Source: an uncultured Nitrospiraceae bacterium | Lineage (GTDB): Bacteria > Nitrospirota > Nitrospiria > Nitrospirales > Nitrospiraceae | Assembly: GCA_963730935.1 (NCBI GenBank) | Contig: CAVSTP010000003.1 | Coordinates: 416,001-480,000 of the forward strand | Length of the DNA: 64,000 nucleotides | Direction of reading: 5' to 3' | Shown here: positions 1 to 9,465 of the stretch, in pieces | Numbering within the stretch: the stretch's first letter is position 1 | Layout of the letters: the number at the start of each line of letters is the position of its first letter | The notes under the pieces: generated by a model | Databases searched by the model: none | Seen by the model: only the letters and a program-made list of their open reading frames with translations | Told to the model about the DNA's origin: nothing | Position numbers and translations under genes: made by a program

Positions 1-263
1 GCGACGGTGTGAAATTCGATCCCGATGCCTTCAGCCCCAGACCACCGAACCTTGGCGTCATGAATGACGATGGGAATGTCCTCTCCAGGAGGGAACAGAA
101 AGAGAGCGATATTCATGCCTGGAACGACCTGAACCGTGTTTTCAATCCGACAACCATTTCGGGAAAGATCCACCGATCGGATGGCATCCGGCCCCCATTG
201 GTCATAGGCAAAGAGGGCTCCTGACAGGGAGACAGGAAATCGCTGATGGCTGCGCTCGACCAT
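1..263 (-). CDS. PilZ domain protein (3' end runs off the window)
   Basis: Manual translation from ATG at 263, with GAGG upstream: MVERSHQRFPVSL...VDLSRNGCRI...VRWSGAEGIGIEF. It has the RxxxR and DxSxxG c-di-GMP motifs. Not in the ORF track. Confidence 0.85.
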   Translation of the reverse strand, partial: MVERSHQRFPVSLSGALFAYDQWGPDAIRSVDLSRNGCRIENTVQVVPGMNIALFLFPPGEDIPIVIHDAKVRWSGAEGIGIEFHTV

Positions 264-809
264 GACCTCGGGAACATTGCAGATGCAATGCCGCCAGGAG
301 CAGCGCGGTTTCCCAATATTTTGAAGTGTTCGGTCGAGGAAAGGAGTTAAGCCAAACTCTTTTGCACATCAGTGAAGGGGATGTAGTACACGGGCTTCCA
401 TCAGGAAGACAGGTGTCGACACAAATAGACGCTGAGGTGTGGAACGTGCAGCGGAGAACGGTTCTGACAGGAGGGTGAACGATGATAGCCGGCATCTATG
501 CTAGAAAGTCTACCGAGCAAAACCGGCCTGGGCGTTGAAGGTGAAGTCCTCCGGCTGCTTCGCGATCACACAATCGCTCCCGACCACCACAAATTGCAGG
601 GCAGTTACAAGAAATTGCGCTTACCGCCTAAACATAATCCCAATAGTCTGAATAGCCCTTTTATGGCGAAGGCCGTTTGATGCACTAAACATTCGGGAGG
701 AAGGAAGAACTGCTCAAAGTATATGCTGTTGCGGTGCCGGTAGAAAGCGACCCACATGGTTGGTGCGTCTAGGTGTGGGCGTCGGTGCGGCTGTTGATGC
801 GGTAAGTCG

Positions 810-962
810 CTAGTGCTGAGGAGGAACTTCGGTCGAGATGTCCTGCTCGTCAGATACGCACCTGTATTCTGTGCGTCCACAAGAAATACAATGCCACAAT
901 GTCATCAGCCTAATTGTTAACTCTTCCTCGGACATCGGACCACCACAGCGTTCACACTTCAT
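810..962 (-). CDS. Small Zn-ribbon protein (50 aa)
   Basis: Manual translation MKCERCGGPMSEEELTIRLMTLWHCISCGRTEY... has two CxxC pairs and resembles the protein at 34792-35037. Confidence 0.6.
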   Translation of the reverse strand: MKCERCGGPMSEEELTIRLMTLWHCISCGRTEYRCVSDEQDISTEVPPQH

Positions 963-1516
963 TTTGAGGAATGTACGCTAGTGCCGAATCGGTCGAGTAG
1001 TATACGAAGGGGGGGTAAGCGATGCGATTTGGGTTGTGGCGTTGGACCGGCTGTTGATTAAATAGCCGCATTCGTCGGCGGCAGGATTGAATCCGCGAAA
1101 CCGATAGGCATCTGCGCGTGTAATTCCGGACATCGGAGCGAGGAGTAAACACACTATTCGTAGATCCGACGTGCGTACTAACAAGAACTGAGAAGGATTA
1201 TTTTAGAAATAGTGAGATAGGAGGGCAACATCAAACCGTACGGAATGCGCCACGTAGCTAATTACCCTCATGCTGTATCCTGTTGTGCAGAAGAAGCAGT
1301 TAGAGACGTTTTGCTACAAAATTATTAGGGCCATTCATCCCTATTGCAACCGATTCCATCGAATCCTACTATATGCCCCCTAATTGACTTCTTTGCTAAC
1401 CACGATGCCAGGTAAAAGCCACCACCGTTACCTGTCGAGTCCCTCCCAGAGTGATCCTCCCGCTACTTCCCTCTAATCGTACGAGCCCTCTCTTAGCTCT
1501 TGTCGTGTAAAGAGTT

Positions 1517-1726
1517 TTGTTTTTGAAAGGAGGATTGATTATGGCATTGCTAGGTGCTGTCTCTATCACGGCGGCAGTAGGATTCGCTGATCTCGCGGCC
1601 GGTGGCGCGGGGATTGCGAGAGCTCTTTTCTATTTCTTTGCAATTGTGTGCATTGGCTTGTTGCTCTACCAATTCTTGACTTTCACGCCAAGGTTACGTG
1701 CATCTCTTGATGCAGGTGATGACTGA
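1517..1726 (+). CDS. DUF1328 (UPF0391)-like small membrane protein
   Basis: Two hydrophobic segments with a GFADLAAGGAGIARALFYFF pattern. The start may be the ATG at 1541 (AGGAGG upstream). Confidence 0.65.
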   Translation: MFLKGGLIMALLGAVSITAAVGFADLAAGGAGIARALFYFFAIVCIGLLLYQFLTFTPRLRASLDAGDD

Positions 1727-1910
1727 CCTCGGCGAAGACTTAGTATCACCAGTTCATCTTCGTCCTTTAACTTTACCGCCGCGCGTACCAGAGTGGCGAA
1801 TGGCTCAGCTTGCAAAACCATATTCTAGGCTGGGCGTTCATCTATTAAGCATTTAGAATCCCATTACAGAGAAATTGTAATGGTCTGGCATGGCGTCGGA
1901 ATCGATCTCG

Positions 1911-2050
1911 TCATGGATCTCCCTCCGTTTTCGTGAATCCTTTGCGAGCCATCTGTTCGTCAATGGCTACCACAATCTCGCGATCCAGGTTTGGGTTCTT
2001 TGCCGGCATACCCTGTCCCCATCCATAGGTGCGGTAGCGGTAGGAGTCCG
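1911..2050 (-). pseudogene. Fragment resembling the N-terminal part of a DUF4136 lipoprotein
   Basis: YRTYGWGQGMPAKNPNLDREIVVAIDEQMARKGFTKTEGDP is followed by a stop, and no signal peptide is in frame. Confidence 0.4.
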
Positions 2051-2304
2051 GGCTCTTGCGCGCATTGGGAGACAGCCTACGCATTGTAAAGCGAGGCGCG
2101 TCGCGCGATTGCAAGAACTCTTTCCTCTGGCATCAGCAGAATAATGGTTCTGGCAACTTTCTGTCCTCTGTCCTCAGTACCGATTGCCAGGAGGATGAAG
2201 CTCTGGTGGTCGGAAGGAGCAGATGAGTCTCAGCGGGTTAGCAGAAGGAAACTTCTTTCGCCATCATGCCGACAAGGAGTCTAACCAGGCCACAGGGCAG
2301 GATC

Positions 2305-4053
2305 TCAGCGCTTGATCTTCAACTCGATCAACTTGCTAGCTGTTTGCGGCGTCGGTGTCGACGAATCCCGCACCGTGAAGGTCAGGTTATAGTTTCCGTC
2401 CGTGTCTTTCGCTGGTTTGCCGGTGATCTGACCCGTCGACGCATTCAGGCTGAGACCGCTCGGCAGCGGCGGTGTGACCGACCACGTAAAGGGCGCGACA
2501 CCTCCCGAGCGTTGCAACGTTCTATTGTAGTTCTTATCGACTTCGGCATCTGGTAAGTTGTTTGTCGTGATCGCCAGGGCCGCACTGACGGCGATCGAGA
2601 GCGCCTGCGTGTCGGACTGATTCAAGCTGTCTGTGACTCGTACTGTGAAATTCGCGGTGCCTGCATTGGTCGGAGTGCCTGAAATCACACCAGCCGAGCT
2701 CAGGTCAACCATCGCCGGGAGCGATCCACCGGAGAGACTCCAGACGAGTGTCCCGGTACCTCCCGTCGCTTGCAGCGTCTGACTATAGGCTCGGCCGACT
2801 GTTCCTCCTGGGAGCGTGGTGGTCGTGATGTTCGGCGGAGCGGGGAGGTTGCTCGTGATCGATAGAGGTTGCGTGTCCGATTGCCCGCCTGCGTCTTGCA
2901 CTCGGATGGTAAATGACGACGTGCCTGCCGGCACAGTCGGCGTTCCTGAAATCACGCCGGCCGTTTGATTCAAACTCAGGCCCGCTGGCAGTGCCCCTGC
3001 GCTAATGCTCCACGTCAGCGCTCCCGTCCCTCCCGTAGCGTGTAACGTCTGGTTATAGGTTTGACTGATCGTTCCTGCTGGGAGTGTGGTGGTCGTGATA
3101 TTCGGCGGTGTCGGTGGTGGGGCTGGTTGGTTGATGGTAATCGACAGCGCTTGGGTATCCGCGAGTCCGCTTGCGTCCTGAACCCGGACGGTAAATGACG
3201 ATGAGCCTGCCGCAGTCGGCATTCCTGAAATCGCGCCGTTGATCGGATTGATAACCAGCCCCTGAGGCAGTGCCCCTGCGGAGATGCTCCAGGTCAGCGC
3301 TCCCGTCCCCCCGGTCGCCTGCACGGCTTGGCTATAGGCTTGACCGACGGTTCCTCCTGAGAGGCTGGTCGTCGTGATATTCGGCGGGTTCGGTGGGGGC
3401 GCGGGTTGGTTGATCGTAATCGACAGCGCTTGCGTGTCCGATTGTCCGCGCGCGTCTGCCACTCGGATGGTAAACGACGAGCTGCCTGCCGCAGTGGGTG
3501 TTCCTGAAATCGCACCCGTCGCCGGATCCAAATTGAGCCCTGACGGGAGCGTCCCGGTCCCTGCGACGATGTTCCAGGTCAGGGGTGGGGTCCCGCCGCT
3601 CGCTTGTACAGGGCGGTTATAGGCTTGATTGACCGTCCCGTCAGGGAACGAAGTGGTGGTAATCGTCAGCACGGCCGGGGGCGGAACGACGGTTAAGCTG
3701 AGTGTTTGTTGGACGGTTTGCGAAGGGGCCGAGCTGTCGCGCAGTGTAAACGTGTGGGTCGTTGTTGCTACCGTCGTGGGGGTGCCGGTGATCGCACCGG
3801 TTGCTGTATCCAACGAGAGATTGCCAGGAAGCGCCGGCGAGACGGACCATGTGTAAGGGACCGCGCCTCCTGTACCGCTGACTGAAGGCGAATAGGCCTG
3901 GTTGACTTGTCCCTCGGGAAGTGCAGTGGTGGTGATCGCTAAGCTTCCAGGGGTCGGGCCGCTGTCGCCACCGCAGCCGGTCAACCCTAGGACGTAAACA
4001 CAAGAAAAGATGACCGCACAAAGAATATTGCCGAGTAAGTGTCCTCGCCTCAT
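2305..4053 (-). CDS. Lipoprotein with 6 putative Ig-like (He_PIG-type) repeats, paralog 1
   Basis: Lipobox LTG-C followed by GGDSGPTPG. Six ~90-aa modules of the form ITTTxLP...Y...TWS...LPxGLxL...GxISGTPT...FTVRVxD. Confidence 0.9.
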   Translation of the reverse strand: MRRGHLLGNILCAVIFSCVYVLGLTGCGGDSGPTPGSLAITTTALPEGQVNQAYSPSVSGTGGAVPYTWSVSPALPGNLSLDTATGAITGTPTTVATTTHTFTLRDSSAPSQTVQQTLSLTVVPPPAVLTITTTSFPDGTVNQAYNRPVQASGGTPPLTWNIVAGTGTLPSGLNLDPATGAISGTPTAAGSSSFTIRVADARGQSDTQALSITINQPAPPPNPPNITTTSLSGGTVGQAYSQAVQATGGTGALTWSISAGALPQGLVINPINGAISGMPTAAGSSSFTVRVQDASGLADTQALSITINQPAPPPTPPNITTTTLPAGTISQTYNQTLHATGGTGALTWSISAGALPAGLSLNQTAGVISGTPTVPAGTSSFTIRVQDAGGQSDTQPLSITSNLPAPPNITTTTLPGGTVGRAYSQTLQATGGTGTLVWSLSGGSLPAMVDLSSAGVISGTPTNAGTANFTVRVTDSLNQSDTQALSIAVSAALAITTNNLPDAEVDKNYNRTLQRSGGVAPFTWSVTPPLPSGLSLNASTGQITGKPAKDTDGNYNLTFTVRDSSTPTPQTASKLIELKIKR

Positions 4054-4107
4054 CGAGATCTTTTCCTATTACGTCCGCAAAGGCTCCACATCAGATTGTT
4101 ACAAGCG

Positions 4108-4163
4108 ATTGTAATGAAACAACTGTTGGAAGGTCTCTACCACTTACGTATGGGGGGAAACGT
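4108..4163 (-). promoter_or_regulatory. Conserved upstream element of Ig-lipoprotein paralog 1 (-10 TACAAT plus a conserved block)
   Basis: 4131-4163 matches 9417-9449 at 27 of 33 positions. TACAAT lies at a similar distance on the minus strand in both. Confidence 0.55.
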
Positions 4164-4303
4164 CATATCCATGCCCCACCCCTAGATTGAACCCGCAAGC
4201 CGGAGAGAAGCATCAGTGTCACCTAACCGCGAGGCTTATATTTGAGGGAATCGTGGCAGATCAAGGAAGAAGTCGGAGTTGTTCAAGCGCGCAGGCTAGT
4301 CGC

Positions 4304-4867
4304 TCATTCAGATTTTATTGTGGGCTGCTCACAGCTAACACCCTGAGATGCTTTCAGCCCCTCGGGTAGAGCTATCGGCGTCCCACACGCGGCATCAATT
4401 TGATCTTCAGTGAGAAAGCTGGTGTTTTTGAAATTGGCGCCATCAATGTGTGCGTTCTCCAGATGGGTACCCAATAACATGGCCCCTTCAAAGTTCGCAT
4501 TCACCAACTTTGCGCGACTCAGATTTGCGCCAAATAGCATCGCATCTGTGAAATCTGCACCCTCCAGATCAGCGTCGCGTAGGTCAGTTCCAGCTAACAT
4601 CGCCCCGCGAAGATTTTCGCCTTTGAGATGCGCTTTTCTAAGCCGCTTGCCAGCGAGCATTTGCCCGGGAGGGACCGGAGGGTGTCTCGATTCCTCCTTC
4701 ACCTCAACTTCTACAATGTAAGGCTCGAGAGACTCATGCAAGCAACCGAGAGGCGCGGAGAGCACCATTATCAGCCCGCATGGACCCAAAAATCTCCTCG
4801 ACCTCTTCAACTGAAGCATGTCCAAGATCCCGGATATTTGCCTATTGGTGGCTGACGGCATGATCAT
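4304..4867 (-). CDS. Pentapeptide-repeat protein, probable lipoprotein
   Basis: A(D/N)LxxA repeats (ENLRGAMLAGTDLRDADLEGADFTDA) and a hydrophobic stretch ending PLG-C. Start uncertain. Confidence 0.85.
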   Translation of the reverse strand: MIMPSATNRQISGILDMLQLKRSRRFLGPCGLIMVLSAPLGCLHESLEPYIVEVEVKEESRHPPVPPGQMLAGKRLRKAHLKGENLRGAMLAGTDLRDADLEGADFTDAMLFGANLSRAKLVNANFEGAMLLGTHLENAHIDGANFKNTSFLTEDQIDAACGTPIALPEGLKASQGVSCEQPTIKSE

Positions 4868-4939
4868 GAACCGTTGCCGTGCTTGGACGGTAGGGCGGCA
4901 ATCAAAAACACATCTTTCGGCCAGCTCATTGACAGGATC

Positions 4940-6655
4940 TCAGGGGGGGTTAATCAACAAACCAAGCTGCTTGTGGACTATCTGCGGCGTCGGTGCCGAA
5001 TCCTGCGCGGTGAAGGTAAGGGCAAAGGTGCCTTGCGACGTAGTGCCGGTAATCTCACCGGTCGCCTGGTTCAGGCTGAGACCGTTCGGCAGGGGCGGGT
5101 TGACCGACCAGCTCACAGGTGGGGTCCCTCCCGAGCTTTGCAAGGTTGTCGTGTAGAACTGGCCGTCGTTTGCATTTGGTAACGAATCTGTCGTGATCTC
5201 CAGGGCCGCGATGACGGTAATCGAGAGATCCTGCGTGTCGGACTGATTAAATGTGTCTGCGACTCGTACGGTGAAATTCGCGGGTCCTGCATTGGTCGGA
5301 GTGCCTGAAATCACACCACCCGGACTCAGGGAGAGCATCGCTGGGAGCGATCCACTAGCGAGAGTCCAGGTGCGTGCCCCTATGCCTCCCGTCGCTTGCA
5401 GCGTCTGACTATACGCTTGGCCGACTATTCCTGACTGGAGCGTGGTGGTCGTGATATTTGGCGCGTTGAACAGGCTGATGGTGATCGACAGCGCTTGTGT
5501 GTCACTTTGTCCGCCTGCGTCTTGAACCCGGATGGTGAACGACGCTTGGCCGGCCGGTAAAATCGGCGTTCCCGAAATCACGCCCGTCGATTGACTCAAA
5601 GTCAGACCTGCCGGGAGGGAGCCCTGGGAGATGCTAAAGTTCAGCGGTGCGATACCTCCATTGGTTTGGATAGTCTGGTTATACACCTGTCCGATACTTC
5701 CTGACGGAAGGGAGGTAGTGGTAATCGAGAGCGGGGTCACGTTGATCGAGAGGTCCTGCGTGTCATTTTGACCCACTGAGTCTGTGATCTTTACCGTGAA
5801 ATTGAAGGGTCCTCCACTGGTCGGAGTGCCTGAAATGGTTCCGCCTGTTGGCCCAGACGGATTGAGGTTGAGACCCGGTGGGAGCGATCCGGCAGAGATA
5901 CTCCAGGCAAGTGCTCCAATCCCTCCAGTTGACCGCACTCTTGCATTGTAGGGCTGACCTGCGGTGCCATCTGGCAGCGAGGTGGTCGTGATCTGAGGCG
6001 GAGTGGTCGGGATGACACGAACCGAGAGCGCTTTTGTATCTTGTTGCCCGCTTGTGTCTTGAACCCGGACCGTGAACGGGAAGGTGCCGGCTGGGGCAAT
6101 CGGTATTCCTGAGATGATGCCGGTGGTCGGATTCAGGCTGAGATTCTGGGGGAGAGTGCCTGTGCCTGGGAGGACAATGCTAAAGTTCAGGGCTCCGATA
6201 CCTCCAACGGTTTCGACAGGCTCGTTATAGGACGAGCTGATACTTGCGTCCGGAAGGGAGGTTGTAGTGATCGCGAGCGGTGGCTCGATGGTCAAGTTGA
6301 GCGGTTGTTCGACGGTTTGTGAAGGGGCCGAGCTGTCGCGCAGCGTAAACGTGTGTGTCGTCGTTGCCGCCGCCGTCGGTGTGCCGGTGATCGCACCGGT
6401 TGCCGCATCCAACGAGAGATTGCCAGGAAGTGCCGGCGAGACGGACCATGTGTAAGGGGGCGCGCCTCCCGAGCCGCTCATTGAAGCCGAATAGGGACGG
6501 TTGACTGTCTGCTCGGGAAGCGAGGTGGTGGTGATCGATAAACTGCCAGGGGTAGGGCCGCTGTCGCCACCGCAGCTGGTCAAGCCTAAGACGCTTAAAA
6601 CGGAAAGGATGACTGCACAAAAAATAGTACCGCTTGGGTTTCCGCGCACCATCAA
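4940..6655 (-). CDS. Lipoprotein with 6 putative Ig-like repeats, paralog 2
   Basis: Lipobox LTS-C GGDSGPTPG and six modules. Confidence 0.9.
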   Translation of the reverse strand: MMVRGNPSGTIFCAVILSVLSVLGLTSCGGDSGPTPGSLSITTTSLPEQTVNRPYSASMSGSGGAPPYTWSVSPALPGNLSLDAATGAITGTPTAAATTTHTFTLRDSSAPSQTVEQPLNLTIEPPLAITTTSLPDASISSSYNEPVETVGGIGALNFSIVLPGTGTLPQNLSLNPTTGIISGIPIAPAGTFPFTVRVQDTSGQQDTKALSVRVIPTTPPQITTTSLPDGTAGQPYNARVRSTGGIGALAWSISAGSLPPGLNLNPSGPTGGTISGTPTSGGPFNFTVKITDSVGQNDTQDLSINVTPLSITTTSLPSGSIGQVYNQTIQTNGGIAPLNFSISQGSLPAGLTLSQSTGVISGTPILPAGQASFTIRVQDAGGQSDTQALSITISLFNAPNITTTTLQSGIVGQAYSQTLQATGGIGARTWTLASGSLPAMLSLSPGGVISGTPTNAGPANFTVRVADTFNQSDTQDLSITVIAALEITTDSLPNANDGQFYTTTLQSSGGTPPVSWSVNPPLPNGLSLNQATGEITGTTSQGTFALTFTAQDSAPTPQIVHKQLGLLINPP

Positions 6656-6966
6656 GAGCCTTTCGTTCTATGTGTCATTACTGATGAACGAATCTAGGGT
6701 CGCTCCCATTAAATCGGTCAAGCGAACGAGGCGCTACTAGGGTTTCCACCAGTCCCATTTGGCTCCCATACTTATATTGATGGCGGCGCACTTAGCGAGA
6801 CTCTAGGTGAAAAACGGCGAGGCGAGGCCAGCGTAAGCAGCGTATTAGCCATGGAACTTGAAACTGGAGGTTTCCGTCGATAAAGGAAATGGGACCTCTG
6901 TCTGTCAGGATGGGTGCTTAGTGCAAGGTGCTTCGAGGAACGTACGGCTGTCAGGGCGTCGCGCCC

Positions 6967-7036
6967 TCAGGGCGGGTCAATCGTCAAATTAAGCTGCTTG
7001 TTGGCTGTTTGCGGCGTCGGTGCTGGCCGAATCCTA
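6967..7036 (-). pseudogene. Orphan relic of the C-terminal cap of an Ig-lipoprotein gene
   Basis: Translates as DS..PTPQTANKQLNLTIDPP*, matching the ends of paralog 1 (DSSTPTPQTASKLIELKIKR) and paralog 2 (DSAPTPQIVHKQLGLLINPP). Confidence 0.8.
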
Positions 7037-7072
7037 GTGCGGGGATGTAAGCAAGTCTTTCTATAGATTAGT

Positions 7073-9343
7073 TTATGGGTTGATCATGATCGATAGATCT
7101 TGCGTGTCTGATAGTCCTCCTGCGTCCTGAACCTGGACGGTAAATGACGCTAGGCCTGCCGCAGTGGGCGTTCCTGAAATCACGCCGGTCGGCGCATCTA
7201 AATTCAGGCCCGCTGGCAGCGTCCCCGTGGAGATACTCCAGGTCAGCGGTGCCGTCCCTCCGGTTGCCTGTAACGTCGTTGGACCGTAGGCCACATTGAG
7301 GGTTCCATCTGGGAGCGACGTGGTCGTGATATCAGGCGGGTTAGGTGGGGGCGCGGCAGCGTTGATCACGATCGACAGATCCTGCGTGTCAGTTTGACCC
7401 AACGTGTCAGTGACTCGTACGGTGAAATTCGAGGTTCCTGCGGTGGTCGGATTGCCTGAAATCACACCAGCCGGGCTTAGAGAGAACATCGCTGGGAGCG
7501 ATCCACCAGCGAGCGTCCAGGTGCGTGTCCCTACGCCTCCCGTTGCTTGTAGCGTCTGATCGTAGGCCTGGCCGACAGTTCCTGCCGGAAGCGATGTGGT
7601 CGTGATATCCGGTGGGTTAAGGAGGTTGATCGTGATCGACAGATCTTGTGTGTCACTTTGTCCGAATGCGTCTTGAACTCGGACAGTAAAATTCGATGTG
7701 CCTGCTGGCAGGATCGGCGTCCCTGCAATCGTGCCGGTCGTCCCACTCAAAGTTAGGCCCGGTGGCAGTGTCCCTCCGGAGATGCTCCAGGTCCGTGCCC
7801 CCGTCCCTCCGGTCGCTGCCACAGTCTGGCTATAGGCCTGACCGATGCTTCCACCGGGCAGCGAGGTCGTCGTGATATTTAGCGGAGGGGGTAGGTTGAT
7901 CGTGATCGACAGCGCCCGCGTGTCAGACTGACCCAACGAATCTGTGACCCTCACCGTGAAGGGGAAGGTTCCTTGAGTGGTTGGAGTGCCTGAAATGATT
8001 ACACTGGGTCCAGTTAGGGGAGCGATCGTGAGACCGGGTGGGAGCGATCCCACAGTGATACTCCAGGTAAGTGTGCCCATCCCTCCGGTTGCTTGCAATG
8101 GCTGATTGTAAAGCTGACTGACCGTGCCTGCCGGCAGCGAGGCCTGTACTATCTGTGGGGGGTTGTCTGTCCCAACGAGAATAGAAAGCGCTTGCGTATC
8201 ATTCTGTCCGAAAGTGTCTGCAACGCGGACGGTGAACGGGAAGCTGCCGGTTGCAGTCGGCGCTCCTGTGATCGTGCCGGTCGTCCCACTCAAAGTTAGG
8301 CCCGGTGGCAGTGTCCCTACGGAAATGCTCCAGGTCAGCGGTGCCGTCCCGGTCGCCAGCACAGCCTGGTTATAGGTCTGGCCGATGGTTCCAGCGGGCA
8401 GCGAGGTGGTCGTAATATTCGGCGGGCTGGGCAAGTTAACGGTAATCGAGAGAGCACGGGTGGCAAACTGCCCCAGGGTGTCTGTGACCCTCACCGTGAA
8501 GTTGAAGGTTCCTTGAGTGGTTGGAGTGCCTGAAATGATTACACTGGGTCCAGTTAGGGGAGCGATCGTGAGACCCGGTGGGAGCGATCCCACAGTGATA
8601 CTCCAGGTAAGTGTGCCAATGCCAGCGGTTGCCTGTACCGTCGTCGGACCGTAGGCCACATTGACTGTTCCACCAGGCAGCGAGGTGGTCGCAATTCCTG
8701 GCGGGCTCTGCGGGTCAATGCGAATCGAGAGAGCTCGCGTATCCTGTTGTCCACTTGTGTCTGCAACGCGGACAGTGAATGAGGAGTTGCCGGTTGCAGT
8801 CGCCGTTCCTGCGATCACACCGGTATTAGGATCCAGACTGAGACCCGCGGGAAGTGTGCCTGAGGTGATGCTAAAGGTCAGCGGTCCGAAACCACCAACG
8901 GTTTGAACAGGCTGGCCATAGACCGCGCCGATATTTCCGGCCGGCAGCGAGGTCGTCGTAATTGAGAGCGGGGGTTTGATTGTTAAGCTAAGAGATTGCT
9001 CTATTGTTTGGGGAGGGATTGAGGAATCTGCCAGGGTAAATGTATGCAAAGTGGTTCCCACCGTGCCTGATGTCCCGGTGATCGCGCCGCTTTGCGTGTT
9101 GAACGAAAGACCGGAAGGAAGCGCCGGTGTGACCGACCACAAGTACGGCAGCGTGCCTCCCGAACCACCCACTGAAGCCGAATAGGGTTGGTTGACTTGC
9201 CCCTCGGGAAGTGAGGTGGTGACGATCGCCAAACCTCCAGGGGTCGGGCCACTGTCACCACCGCAGCCGGTCAACCCTAAGATCGAAATACTAGAAAAAA
9301 TCACTGCACAAACAATATGACCGATGATGTTTCTACGCGTCAT
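7073..9343 (-). CDS. Lipoprotein with 8 putative Ig-like repeats, paralog 3
   Basis: Lipobox LTG-C GGDSGPTPG, eight modules and an internal near-exact duplication. Confidence 0.9.
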   Translation of the reverse strand: MTRRNIIGHIVCAVIFSSISILGLTGCGGDSGPTPGGLAIVTTSLPEGQVNQPYSASVGGSGGTLPYLWSVTPALPSGLSFNTQSGAITGTSGTVGTTLHTFTLADSSIPPQTIEQSLSLTIKPPLSITTTSLPAGNIGAVYGQPVQTVGGFGPLTFSITSGTLPAGLSLDPNTGVIAGTATATGNSSFTVRVADTSGQQDTRALSIRIDPQSPPGIATTSLPGGTVNVAYGPTTVQATAGIGTLTWSITVGSLPPGLTIAPLTGPSVIISGTPTTQGTFNFTVRVTDTLGQFATRALSITVNLPSPPNITTTSLPAGTIGQTYNQAVLATGTAPLTWSISVGTLPPGLTLSGTTGTITGAPTATGSFPFTVRVADTFGQNDTQALSILVGTDNPPQIVQASLPAGTVSQLYNQPLQATGGMGTLTWSITVGSLPPGLTIAPLTGPSVIISGTPTTQGTFPFTVRVTDSLGQSDTRALSITINLPPPLNITTTSLPGGSIGQAYSQTVAATGGTGARTWSISGGTLPPGLTLSGTTGTIAGTPILPAGTSNFTVRVQDAFGQSDTQDLSITINLLNPPDITTTSLPAGTVGQAYDQTLQATGGVGTRTWTLAGGSLPAMFSLSPAGVISGNPTTAGTSNFTVRVTDTLGQTDTQDLSIVINAAAPPPNPPDITTTSLPDGTLNVAYGPTTLQATGGTAPLTWSISTGTLPAGLNLDAPTGVISGTPTAAGLASFTVQVQDAGGLSDTQDLSIMINP
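7941..8617. repeat. Direct repeat of 137 bp (7941-8077 and 8481-8617), offset 540 bp
   Basis: Three mismatches by eye. The offset equals two Ig modules. Confidence 0.9.
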
Positions 9344-9394
9344 GAAGATCGTTTCCTGTTACATCCGGACAGAAGCATCCGGATCAGAAGAATC

Positions 9395-9449
9395 ATTGTA
9401 AGGCAGGAATTCCCGGAGGTCTCTACCCCTAAGGTATGGAGGGGAGCGT
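9395..9449 (-). promoter_or_regulatory. Conserved upstream element of Ig-lipoprotein paralog 3
   Basis: AGGTCTCTACCCCTAAGGTATGGAGGGGAGCGT, containing TACC-N5-GGTA, matches 4131-4163. A -10-like TACAAT follows on the minus strand. Confidence 0.55.
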
Positions 9450-9465
9450 ATGTTTTTGACTCCAC

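Noticed and set aside
9..224. Plus-strand 71-aa ORF
   Set aside because: Antisense to the PilZ gene, which has clear motifs.
1861..1883. 8-bp inverted repeat CCATTACA-N7-TGTAATGG
   Set aside because: Short and AT-rich, with no U tract and no adjacent gene start. Its role cannot be supported.
2305..9343. Ig-repeat proteins as substrates of the nearby T1SS
   Set aside because: They have N-terminal lipoprotein signal peptides and no RTX repeats, which points to Sec/SPII export rather than T1SS.
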